DNA of 59,503 bases, counting the filler, from Globobulimina sp. (taxonomy: Eukaryota): assembly GCA_003354225.1 (NCBI GenBank). It is 12 parts of 12 records of this genome, joined end to end, with 100 filler letters (N's around TTAATTAATTAA, not from the genome) between each part and the next. Parts side by side here need not be neighbours in the genome. Positions count along the whole stretch, not along the records: positions 34,788 to 39,652 come from PIVH01000886.1; positions 39,753 to 44,616 come from PIVH01000887.1; positions 44,717 to 49,580 come from PIVH01000888.1; 9 more parts are not named here. One strand, written 5' to 3'. A program made the translations under genes and the position numbers. Below are positions 35,201 through 46,493 of the stretch, piece after piece; the stretch's first letter is position 1, and each line of letters starts with the position of its first letter. The notes under the pieces are model-generated. The model saw only the letters and a list, made by a program, of their open reading frames with translations. It was not told where the DNA came from and did not search any database.

Positions 35201-37330
35201 ATGAAACCTAATGCGTTCTTGAGAGATGGGAGGAAGTTACCAGGCATAATATCGACACCACCTAATAAACAACACGTAGATCTCGATGATATTGATATTG
35301 ATCTGTTGGTGTTGTCAATGAAAGCAGGCTTACATATTCGTGATCGAACCTGGTGGTTCAAAACCTATAAGCAATGTTTTATCGCATCAGAATGTATGAG
35401 CTGGCTAATAAATAATCAAAGTCAAATCTGTGAAACACGTGATGATGCATTAATTCTTTGCAACTATTTATTAAAAAATAAGTATATCCGTCATGTTAAA
35501 AATAAACAAGAATTCCAAGATGATCATTTATTTTTTGTCTTTACTAACAATCAGAAACGTGTCACAAATCGATCCTATTCATTAAGTCATATAATACATA
35601 ATTACCACAAACCTATCACCGCCACAATGGACATAAATAAGCCAGAGAATGAGAACGAGAATGAGAATGAAGACGAGAAAGCACAGAAAGCAGAACAATT
35701 AGCAATGTCAATGCCAACTATCAATGTCTCCGACGACAATACAAAAACATCTAAATCCGATGATAATTGTAACGCAAATAAACGGCACAAATTTGATTTT
35801 TTATGTGGTGAATTGTCAAATGCACATATGACTGTTGCCGCACATAAAAATAATGAATTTGTACAAATGTCACTGACAAAAAGTGCGCCAATTATTAAAA
35901 ATAAAATGCATCATAATCATAATAATAATAATATTGATGGATGGAGCGATGTTTGTGATGACGAGGATTTATTAAAATATTGCTATCATTCATGTTATCA
36001 ACAATTTGTGCCAAAAACCGAATATATACACAATAGAAATGCAAATATCTGTGTTACAATGGAGAGCGAGAAATGTTTTATTTTACCAAATTATTTAACT
36101 ACAAATATTTATTCCATTAACATTGTAAATAATAATATCATATTTGTAGCATCCACAGGAAATCGGACCAATTGGACACATAATGATAATAATAATATTT
36201 GTGCAAATATTTATGTATATTTTAAGAATAAATGGCTGAATATTGCATGGTGTGCGATATTGAATAAATATATTGAAAATATTGAGAATATGAACATAAA
36301 TATAATGAATATTGATTCTATTCAAATAAAGAAAGAGAATATTACTTTTACCATACTTTGTGTGTTATGGTGTAATGAGATAAATAATTCTTATTATTTG
36401 AGCACCTTTCAATGTGTCAATATTAATGAGATAAAAGATATTTTTTCATTGTTTGAAGATATGGCAATTTGTCAGTTGCAGTTTGTTCCATTTTGTATGC
36501 ATTGCGCGCCATTATTATTTGCTAAGCCATTCATATTTATTGGTGGCGAAGATGGCATTCATTGTTTTGACATAGACACAAAACGGATGAAAGTGAGTGA
36601 CATTGCGGATAAATCTCAACATCCATTGCCAGAATTTGTGTCGATGAAAAGTGCCGTATTAAGAATGGATTCGTATCGCTTTGCAACAAATGAGATGGAG
36701 ACAATGTTGGTTATTATTGGATGTTTGGATGGATTTATTAAAGTAATACAAAAAAGAAAACATAAAGAAACGTATTGGAGAACAAATAAAATATTTACAA
36801 AACGAATGAATGGAACTGTTTCAAGTTTATTATTTTATATTAAACCAAATATGTTTGATTATTATTCACTAAATTATGATGAAAGGGATTTAATAGAAAA
36901 GGAATCATTGGCCATGCATTCATTAGGTTTATTTATTGGAACATGCACTGGATATTCAATGACATATTTCTCATTATTTGAGTGCGGATTTGTTCCTTCG
37001 AATTGTCAATTGTTTAATTCACATATTTTGTATTCAATCGATTGTTGTGATTCTGTATTATGCTCAAATTATATTACAATCGGTGGATATTTATATTTAT
37101 TATTCGGATGTTATTCTGGTAAATTATTATGTTATCAATTAAATAATGAGAATGGATCATTTGTATTGGCATTTGAGTCATTGTTTGACCAGCAAATACA
37201 TTGTATTTCTCGCCAAGAAAAAACAACAAATAATATAGTTATCATGACAATGAATAAAATCTATTTTTTGACTCTAAAACTGTCGAAACACTCTCTTGCT
37301 GTGGATGAAACAAAAATAGTTTCTGTTTGA
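35201..37330 (+). CDS. DEP domain fused to Kaptin (KPTN)-like beta-propeller
   Basis: DEP: GLHIRDRTWWFKTYKQCFIASECMSWL..TRDDA...YIRHV....FQDDHLFFVF. Kaptin-like motifs in order: TNIYSI, LQFVPF, PEF..MKSAVL.MD, GCLDGFIKV, DSVLCS, YSGKLLCYQ. Confidence 0.7.
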   Translation: MKPNAFLRDGRKLPGIISTPPNKQHVDLDDIDIDLLVLSMKAGLHIRDRTWWFKTYKQCFIASECMSWLINNQSQICETRDDALILCNYLLKNKYIRHVKNKQEFQDDHLFFVFTNNQKRVTNRSYSLSHIIHNYHKPITATMDINKPENENENENEDEKAQKAEQLAMSMPTINVSDDNTKTSKSDDNCNANKRHKFDFLCGELSNAHMTVAAHKNNEFVQMSLTKSAPIIKNKMHHNHNNNNIDGWSDVCDDEDLLKYCYHSCYQQFVPKTEYIHNRNANICVTMESEKCFILPNYLTTNIYSINIVNNNIIFVASTGNRTNWTHNDNNNICANIYVYFKNKWLNIAWCAILNKYIENIENMNINIMNIDSIQIKKENITFTILCVLWCNEINNSYYLSTFQCVNINEIKDIFSLFEDMAICQLQFVPFCMHCAPLLFAKPFIFIGGEDGIHCFDIDTKRMKVSDIADKSQHPLPEFVSMKSAVLRMDSYRFATNEMETMLVIIGCLDGFIKVIQKRKHKETYWRTNKIFTKRMNGTVSSLLFYIKPNMFDYYSLNYDERDLIEKESLAMHSLGLFIGTCTGYSMTYFSLFECGFVPSNCQLFNSHILYSIDCCDSVLCSNYITIGGYLYLLFGCYSGKLLCYQLNNENGSFVLAFESLFDQQIHCISRQEKTTNNIVIMTMNKIYFLTLKLSKHSLAVDETKIVSV

Positions 37331-37419
37331 ATTGAGGCATACAACGTCAATTTAACGTAAGTGAAATCTCAAAATATCATAATGTTTATCATCTAATTTA
37401 CAAGCAACACAAAACGATA

Positions 37420-39652
37420 ATGGCAAACAACAACGGCGGAAGAATAGCTTATGCCTCGTCAACAGCCGCCCAATTACTAGGTCTTGCATCGCCGCAAATG
37501 AATCATCCCATTACGCTCAAATTCAGCAGTAATAAGCAACCACTTTTTCCGAATAGAAGTCAAACGTTATCCAATCTTCGGCCTTTAAATAATATCAAAA
37601 ATATACGACCTCATTCTTCAAATGAATTTACTTCAAATAATAACCATTTAAACGTAATACATCCGAACTCATTACCGGTGACACCAAATATTAATCTGTA
37701 TCCAGCATCAAATCGGTCAAATACACAATTTCAGCCAATCAAACCGAGGGTAAATAATATAAATAATAGTTACAGCAACGCAAATACTACAAATAATAGT
37801 TACAGCAACACAAATAATATAAATATTACAAGTAATACAAATAAGGTTTATCCGCGATCTGCTCATATTCCGCTTGAACATAATATTACAAGCAATACAA
37901 ATAATAATTATAATACACATAGTTCAAATAACGCAAACAATGTAAATATTACAAGCAAAAAGAAGGTTTATCCGCGATCTGCGCATATTCCACATCGTAC
38001 ACCGATTAAAGCAATACATAACATACATAATACAAACAATCCAAATAACAATAACATGCATGATCTAAACAATATAAGCAATAACATACGACAAAACCTT
38101 ACAAATATAAACCCAGCAATTCCAATACCAAAACATGAACCAACATCCAATATTCGTGTTGTGCTTCGAATTCGTCCCATAAATGATCAAGAAAGGAGAA
38201 ATAACTGTTCTCATTGTATTCGATTAACACCAGATCAAAACCCAAACAGTATTATAGTACAGCAATTCAATAAAAAAAATAGAAATACTGTAAAAAAAGA
38301 GAAAATGTTTACCTTTGATCAAGTCTGCCATGCAGAGACGCAGCAGTCAAAGTTTTTTGACTCGTGCGGTGTTAAACAATTACTCGACTCGTCCATCAAT
38401 GGATACGCAACCACCATATTTGCATATGGCCAGACAGGCTCAGGTAAAACACACAGTGTCTGCGGCGCGACTGCAGGCATCACTGAAGTCACAGAGTTAT
38501 CCGGCATTATACCTCGCACAATCATGTATTTATGCAATCAATTGCAGCAAAAAAATGCTGTTTTAAGAGCTGGATATTTAGAGATTTACAACGAAAGACC
38601 ACGTGATTTATTAAATCCACATTTTAAAAATTTGTCCGTGCGCTGGAACTCCGAAAGTGGTTTTTTTGTGGAAAACCAATGTATTATTCGTTGCGAATCC
38701 GCACAGGATTTATTTGCTGTATTTAACGAAGGTGAATTAAATCGAGAAATGGGGAGTCATGAATTGAATACCAAGTCATCGCGCTCACATTGCATATTTA
38801 CTATACATATCGAGTTGAAAAAGGAACAAACACAAACCTATCATACAAATACCTATGTACAGAATGGTAAAATATCTATAGTCGATTTGGCGGGATCTGA
38901 AAAGTTAAAAGCCTCAAAACAGCAAACTGATAAAGGTTTGCGTGAAACAGCAAATATCAATCGTTCATTGTTTGCGTTGGGAAAAGTGATATCAACTTTG
39001 GATAAAATACAATCGAAAGAATTGGCAGCTACCACCTATATACCATACAGAGACAGTGTGTTGACAAAGTTATTAATGGATAGTTTGGGTGGTTCTGGCA
39101 TGGCGGTGATGATTGCATGCGTATCGCCGGCAGATGTATACAGTGATGAGACGTTAAGTACATTGTACTATGCGTCGAGAGCTAGAAATATTAAAAATAA
39201 TCCTATTAAAAAAATCCATCCCAAAGATCGAATCATCGCGCAATTAATACAAGAAAACCAACGATTAAAGACGGAGAATCTCAAAATCAAACAGTTTATA
39301 TTAAAATGTCAAAATCAAATGTTGCCGAATGTTAACACACCGCAGCAACCAAATATGCATTCGAATGCTAATACGTATCCAAATATGCAGTCAAATATTC
39401 GCACCAATATGCATTCAAACAGTCAGCCAAATATTCAGCCAAATATTCAACCAAATATTCAACGACGATGGTCAGCGTCGTCAGCGTGGGAAAATAATCG
39501 GAATAGTGGTTCAAATGAATTGTTTGTTCAAAATCAGAATAAAAATAGTCAACCAGTTCAAAACCGTTTTTATAAGCAACCGCATCATACAGGAAATCAA
39601 ATGAATGCAGTGCAAGTCCAACAAGCTTTTGAGTCTTTGAAAATCGCAAAAA
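37420..39652 (+). CDS. Kinesin, KIF12/kinesin-16-like, long Asn-rich N-terminus (3' partial)
   Basis: IRVVLRIRP, FAYGQTGSGKT, LEIYNE, VRWNSESGFFVEN, HELNTKSSRSH, VDLAGSE, IPYRDSVLTKLLMDSLGG. Confidence 0.92.
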
Positions 39653-39849
39653 NNNNNNNNNNNNNNNNNNNNNNNNNNNNNNNNNNNNNNNNNNNNTTAA
39701 TTAATTAANNNNNNNNNNNNNNNNNNNNNNNNNNNNNNNNNNNNNNNNNNNNTTGCAATAAGGTGGCATATGCAATTCATATCAGTATGCTACAGATTTG
39801 CATTCACACATACTAGATGGCTAGGAGTTTGATCAGCAACAATTTTAAT

Positions 39850-40802
39850 AGAGAATCTGACAGTCCAACACATAATAAGTTGCAGGACGAGCTTCAGGCA
39901 ATTAAGTTGAGGTAAAAATCATCCGTTAAACCAGGCACATTTAAAATCTTATATGGCACTCTCGAAATGGACCTTTGTATGTTACTGCTGCTCCGCAAAG
40001 ACATTTGTGACGATTTTGTTAATGGACTGCATCCAATATTCACTGTGTCATTGATTATATTTTCTTTCTCTTCGTATTGCAATGTTCGCTGTGGTGATGA
40101 TACAAAATTAGTGCAACAATTTGATGTAATCTCTTCACATCGACAAAAAGCCCGTTTTTGTGTGTCTTGGAAATGTGGACATAATGGATGATGATTATTA
40201 TTATTATTAACATTGTTGTTTGAAGTACTGTGGTATTTTGATATTGTGTACGTTGGCAGCGAGGGAAGTTTTGATAAAGATACATTATTTATTTCTGAAA
40301 TTGCATTCGAAAATGTTTCTGATTCTGAACCTGAATTATGATAATTGACCATATTTTTACTGCGATCACTTGTTTTATTTGGTTGTTGTGTGTTGTTGAA
40401 TGAATCGAATAATTCACATTTAATGCAATGATTATAAGTTTCTAAAGCTGTTTTTTCTTTAATTCGTTGATTTAAAGAGGTGATATCTTCGGATAATCCG
40501 CGACTGTCTGATATCTGATTTGTGAGTTCCAGTACTTTTCTTTTTCTTTTTCTTTCAGATGTCGACAATGCTAATGAAGATCTATCAATTTTCTGATTGA
40601 TATTGAATGTGTTTAGATTGTGATTTCCATCATAAACGAACCGTTTCGAATCAAAAAAATGTGTGGAATATTCATTTAAACCTTTAAAAGTTGGCGATAA
40701 ACGATCTCGCCATTCTTGTGACATTTCGCCATTCTTGTTACTATTCCCAAGCACTCGGCTTTCATATCTGCTGCAAATTGGTGAATGTGCTGATTTCATC
40801 AT
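39850..40802 (-). pseudogene. Fizzy-related (Cdh1/Cdc20) N-terminal part with TGA at a conserved Trp position
   Basis: C-box-like DRLSP; RSISRVPYKILNVPGLTDDFYLNLIA*SSSCNLLCVGLSDS versus family DDFYLNLVDWS..N.LAVGL. Confidence 0.7.
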
Positions 40803-41053
40803 AGTATTTATCTCGTATCTTTTCTAAAATTAGATAATTAAATATATAATTGACAAAAAAAAGAAATAATTACAGTGACAGATCCATCAACATAATACAC
40901 CAAAAAATTCCGTCAATAAAATACATGTATAAACGTTCAATTCCAAAGTACGGTATTTAATATTTATAATAGCCATGATTGCGAATGATTTTGTTTTCAA
41001 TATTTACTTGCCTTCCAACTGAAAAACAGCCCTTCTTTTTCCTCATTCTAACA

Positions 41054-43159
41054 ATGTTCAACAGATTTGCTCGAAATATAGCTAAAAAAGTGAGATCAAA
41101 GTCGTTAATATGCCGATACTCATTACTTGAACAACAACAATTACTGCATTTAAGAAAACACTTTTGTACAACAAGAATCGAAGAAGTAGCAGCTGAAGAG
41201 ATGGAATTTGATGTGGTAATTGTTGGTGGAGGGCCGGCGGGTTTGTCTGCTGCCATTAGACTGAAACAATTGGCTCAAGAAAGTGATACTGAAATGGAAG
41301 TGTGCCTCATTGAAAAGGGCGCAGAAATCGGTTACTTTTATTTTATAATTTACAAAACAGCATACATATAACAACACAAATTATTAACAGGCTCGCATAT
41401 AATGTCAGGCAATGTATTCGATCCCATCGCATTGAATGAATTGATCCCAGATTGGAAGGAAAAAGGAGTTAAGAAATCAATCCACACAAAAACACAAAAC
41501 ACAAAAACCAATTAACTGACATATTAATATTAATATAAAGGCCCCATTAAAGCAACAAGTGAGCAATGATGAGTTTTGGCTCATGACTGAATCAAATAAA
41601 ATTTCCTCGCCATATTTACCTTCGATGATGCGGAATGATGGCAATTATATAATATCATTAAGTGATTTGTGTCGTTGGTTGGGAGAAGAAGCAGAAAGTT
41701 TAGATGTTGTCGTATTGCCTGGATTCAGTGCATCGCAGCCATTGTACAATGAGAGTGGCACTGCAATGAAAGGAGTGGCGACCTCTGATTTGGGATTGTT
41801 AAGAGATGGAAGTATGGGCCCAAACTTTGAAAAGGGCGCACAACTCATTGCGCGGCAAACTATTTTAGCGGAAGGCTGTCGGGGCAGTATATCGGAGGAA
41901 GTTATGTCATATTTCGATTTGAGGAATGAGTGTGATGCACAAATATATGGCATTGGATTCAAAGAAGTGTGGCAAATTGCTGCTGATAATCCACATTATA
42001 ATGCGGGTCATGTTATCCATGCGATGGGATATCCGCTACCCAGTGATGTTTATGGCGGTAACTTTATATATCATGGCGCGGACAGACAAGTGTTAATTGG
42101 TTGTGTCATTGGCCTGGAATATTCCAACCCATTTCTCAGTCCGTATCATGAGTTTCAAGTTAATTGAGTTTGTTTTTGTTTTTGCTTTTTGCTTTTTTTT
42201 ACTGTCATTAAACGTGCCACAAACATCTGATCAGAAACTGAAGCACCACCCAGAAATACGCAAATTATTGGAAGGTGCCGAGTGCATTGGATATGGTGCT
42301 CGTGCCCTAAACGAAGGCGGTTATCAATCCGTACCAAAATTATCCTTTCCAGGCGGTGTATTGGTGGGTTGTTCCGCGGGCTTTGTCAATGTGGCAAAGG
42401 TGAAAGGCTCTCATTATGCGATGAAATCTGGCATATTGGCTGCGGAGAATATATTCAATGCTCTCAAGCAAGAGATTGATAATGGAGTTGAGATCAAACA
42501 ATCGAGAGTTCCAAACATGTTTTCTTATGACAGCGCAGTGAGAGAGTCCTTTATAATGAAGGATCTATACAAGGTTCGCAATGTGAAGACCGCGTATAAT
42601 TATGGCCGAATTGCGGGATTATTGCATTCTGCATTTAGTACGGCAATATCTGGAGGTTCGGAACCGTGGACATTACGGAATGGATATACATGTTCAGAGA
42701 AAACAAAACCAAAATCAGAGTGTGCAGAGATCAAATATGAGAAAGCGGACAATGTGTTAACTTTTGATATTTTAAGCAATTTGCAAAGAACAAATACGTA
42801 TCACACAGACACAGAGCCATCGCATTTAAAAATCAAAGCAGAGTTAAGCCAATTTGCAGAGAGTGAGTCCTATGATGTTTATGGCGGTCCAGAGGCACGC
42901 TTTTGTCCAGCAAAAGTTTATGAATTTATTGAGGATACAGAGCACAATGAAGACGGCAAAATGAAAATGAAATTAGTGATAAATTCGCAGAACTGTATCC
43001 ATTGCAAATCGTGTTCCATTAAAGCACCAAAAGAGTATATACAATGGACTGTGCCGCAGGGCGGCGGAGGACCCAAATAGTTTGGTTTTTATATAATACA
43101 TATTGCGGGAAACTTTTTTTTATACACTTTTTTTTGTATCTAATAGCGCTGGAATGTGA
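41054..43159 (+). CDS. ETFDH: Electron transfer flavoprotein-ubiquinone oxidoreductase, 5 exons
   Basis: [51 protein letters not shown]. Introns 41331-41390, 41468-41540, 42159-42234 and 43080-43146 give a continuous frame ending GGGPKYAGM*. Confidence 0.95.
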
Positions 43160-43493
43160 GATGGAATTTCAGATTGGATTGTTGAATTTGAGGAAATAGT
43201 TTTGAAATTGTGTTTGTGATTGGTGAATTATTTAGTGTTTATTTCTACAAAACCTATGCAAAATATAAATGTTTGACGCTTTCCCCGAACCGAGTTTCGG
43301 GTTTATTCACATGGTTGTGTCAGGAATCGGACTTACGTCATGATTGTTTGTCATTTTATTTTCTTCTCAGCAACATAATATACGCAATGAGATATTCCAT
43401 ACACACCTCTGAGGCTGACCGGACGGAAAAGCAATTTAAATACGCGTAAAAAAGATAAGCTATGCTAAACATGTTACAAAAAAAAAGAAAAAA

Positions 43494-44530
43494 TCAATAT
43501 GAGTCAACATTATAAATCCAATTTTGTTTATTCGAAATATCAACAATTTTTTTTAAAACATTTGACTTTGACTGTTTAAAGGCAGTGATTGATGCAATTA
43601 ATATCAATTTACATTTTGCTCTGGTTAATGCTACATTTATTCGTCTCCAATCTCTTAATATTGCACCTACTTTTTTATCCAATCGCGTATGCGTAAAACT
43701 AATAATTATTATATCTCGATCGCTGCCTTGAAATCTATCGATTGTATCCAACAACAAAGCACTCTCTCTCTTTTCTTCATTCTTATCTGTTTGCGACATG
43801 GACTGCGATGGCGATAACGGCACATTCAAACAATCCAATTTCGATTTTATTAGCTTTAATTGCGATCGATACGGTGCCATCACACCAATTTGTGACGAAT
43901 ATATTCCATATTTAAATAAATTATTTACAATCATTTCAATCATATTTGCTTCATTCTCATTCACATTATTTTTACCTTTTTTCTTTGTTTTATCATCGCA
44001 TAAATTATCCGTATTAAATAAAATCACATTTTTATTTGGATCCATTGCATATTTTAACCATATTTTAACATCACCACCAATTGTTTTATTCAATTTAATT
44101 TTTCGTTTTGCAATATCCTCCGAGCCGCATTTCATTTGTCCATTATATGTCAAACAGTTACTTAACAATAAGATATCCGCATTCATTCGATATTGAATAG
44201 TCAGCGATTTAACCGCAATATCTTTATACTGTTTTGCTAATCTCTCAAATAAGCTGATGCTCATTCCTTTTCTCTCAGATTCTTTGCACCGAACCAACGG
44301 CGGTAACTGATTATTATCGCCCACTAATATGAATTTCCTGCACTTTCTGAGTGGCCCTAAAACTTGAGCTTCAGTCAGCTGTCCCGCTTCGTCAATAATG
44401 CAATAATCGAATATGTCTAAGTTTTGCGCGGTTAATATTGGATGAGTTGTAGAGGAGGTTGAGGTCACTGCAAATATGTTCTTCTTTGCTAGATATGTGC
44501 CAATGGACGCTATGTTGTCAAATTTATTTG
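43494..44530 (-). CDS. DNA2: DNA2 helicase/nuclease C-terminal SF1 helicase region (5' part replaced by bacterial DNA)
   Basis: FDYCIIDEAGQ...LGPL...KFILVGDNNQLPPLV, QYRMN, TIDRFQGSDRD, LRDWRRINVALTRAK. Confidence 0.85.
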
Positions 44531-44539
44531 TTACGGATG

Positions 44540-44616
44540 ATGGCGTTGACGGTTTGAGTCTCGTGAAGTTTGGGCTGCCCAACCCCGTCAGGACTGGAAG
44601 GTAGCAGCGGTAAGCA
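44540..44616 (+). ncRNA. ffs: Bacterial SRP RNA fragment, large (Bacillus scRNA-like) type
   Basis: AACCCCGTCAGGACTGGAAGGTAGCAGCGGTAAGC is the SRP helix-8 motif with a GGAA tetraloop. It is preceded by GGCGTTGACGGTTTGAGTC, resembling the corresponding segment of B. subtilis scRNA. Confidence 0.8.
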
Positions 44617-46493
44617 NNNNNNNNNNNNNNNNNNNNNNNNNNNNNNNNNNNNNNNNNNNNTTAATTAATTAANNNNNNNNNNNNNNNNNNNNNNNNNNNN
44701 NNNNNNNNNNNNNNNNAATTTTTGTTTTTGTCTAAAAATTGTTGTTTTGATGATTACTCTTTTAAAATGTTTGTTACGGTATTATTGTATTTGAAAATTC
44801 TGTCATAAACGGAGTTTCTTTACGGTTTTTAATACATTATATTTAGGTCGAAAGCACCGAAAAAGTTAGCTACTTAGTCCACTTCATCAACCATTAGAGA
44901 CTCTCCCTTCTGTTACTGCGTTTACAGTAACAGTTTCTCTACCAAGACTTTCGTCCACAATAGTTTGTCCTAATGACAGTTTATGCCGTCATTTTCGTCT
45001 TGTCCTTCAAAAACCGAAATGTATAACCGAAAGACTCTACATAATTGTACATACACCGTGTATTTTCCCGTGCCATGTCTTTAGCATTTGATTTGTACTT
45101 ATGCTCTTCGTCGTCTATCGTCGACGCTTATCGTCGACGTTGTTTGTACATACATTATCGTCTGTGTTTACGAAAATTCGAAAATCAACTAAAAATGTAG
45201 AAAACTCCGAAAATTCCTGAAAAAGTCGTTTTGTATGTATATCTGTTGTGTTTCTACTTCCCCTTTTTCCCTATCGTCAACTTGAAAACGTTCGACTTCT
45301 TCTTGTGGCGTCGTTGCGCCTTCTCGCAATGAACCGCTTTTCAGTATTGTCAGAAAAGTTTGTCACTACCTTGCCGCCTACCAAAACATGACCAAAGACC
45401 GTCATTTCCCCATGAGCGACCGTAAATTCACACCCTTTTTACCCTCTGGGTCGCCGACCAAAATGTGGCGCAGCTTAGCCACGTCGTGTAATTATGACTA
45501 CGGTAGATTACGGTAGCAATGGCAAATTCTACGTCCTGTTACAATCTCACGCTGTAAAAAGGGACCAAGAAAGAAAACTTTTGCTGCAAACAAGAAGAAA
45601 GAATTTCCGAACGTACCGAAACGACCATAATAAACCCTTTCCTTTTTGTTATTGTCAAAAACCTTTCCCAATTAATTTTCCCCAAACGTTTCTGCCCTCA
45701 GAATCGTGGTAAGTACCCTTTATAACTAAAAATATTTTAAAATCACCCTTTTTATCCCCTTTTAGCCGAAGATTCGCCCCTTTTTGTCTCATAAAGAACA
45801 CTGAACAGATTTCTTGTTCAACCATCTCTCCCTTATTATCGTGTCAAGTGTGGTAAGCCTTCCTTCCGGTCTATTATTAATATTACGATTTGCAATTGTT
45901 TATAGAATCGTTTGTGTCCCCGATCAACGCTCACAAAGTCTATGCTTACGTAGACTTGACGCTCAAAGTGATATTGACGCTCCCAAATTGAATCGACGCT
46001 CTTTTGCTGAAACTGCCGAATATTACCATCTTTCCTTTTTCATTATATTTCGGACTACGGTAAGCCTCGAAATATACACCTATGTAACCCTCTATCTTGT
46101 TAAAGGTATGTCACAGTGAACGTTTATCGTTCATAAAAGCAAAGAACTTCCGATCTTTCCGTCATAAACTTCAAACGTCAACTCCTATTTGGTAAGCGCT
46201 GCTCTTTTCCTGTACGTTATTGCCTTTCAGTTCAGCACTGTGTTGAACTGACGTCATCCCTCCATTATTACACAAAACATCCTATAAATAAATTTGCATA
46301 CGGTTCCCGAAACCCATCCTATCTATATTTAGCATTTTTATACCGGAAACGGCCTGCCTATAAAACTCTCTCGCCACTTGACTCCCTTCAGTCTTTTGCG
46401 CTTGCATAGTAGCGAGCGGCCCCCTGTTTTATCCTGCTTAATAGCGGTTCTTTTTCAATTTCCTCTGTTTTTTCAGTCAAGTTGTCGTCCACA

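Noticed and set aside
43078-43080. TAG stop ending ETFDH early
   Set aside because: The G is the first base of an intron (43080-43146); splicing restores the conserved ..GPKYAGM end.
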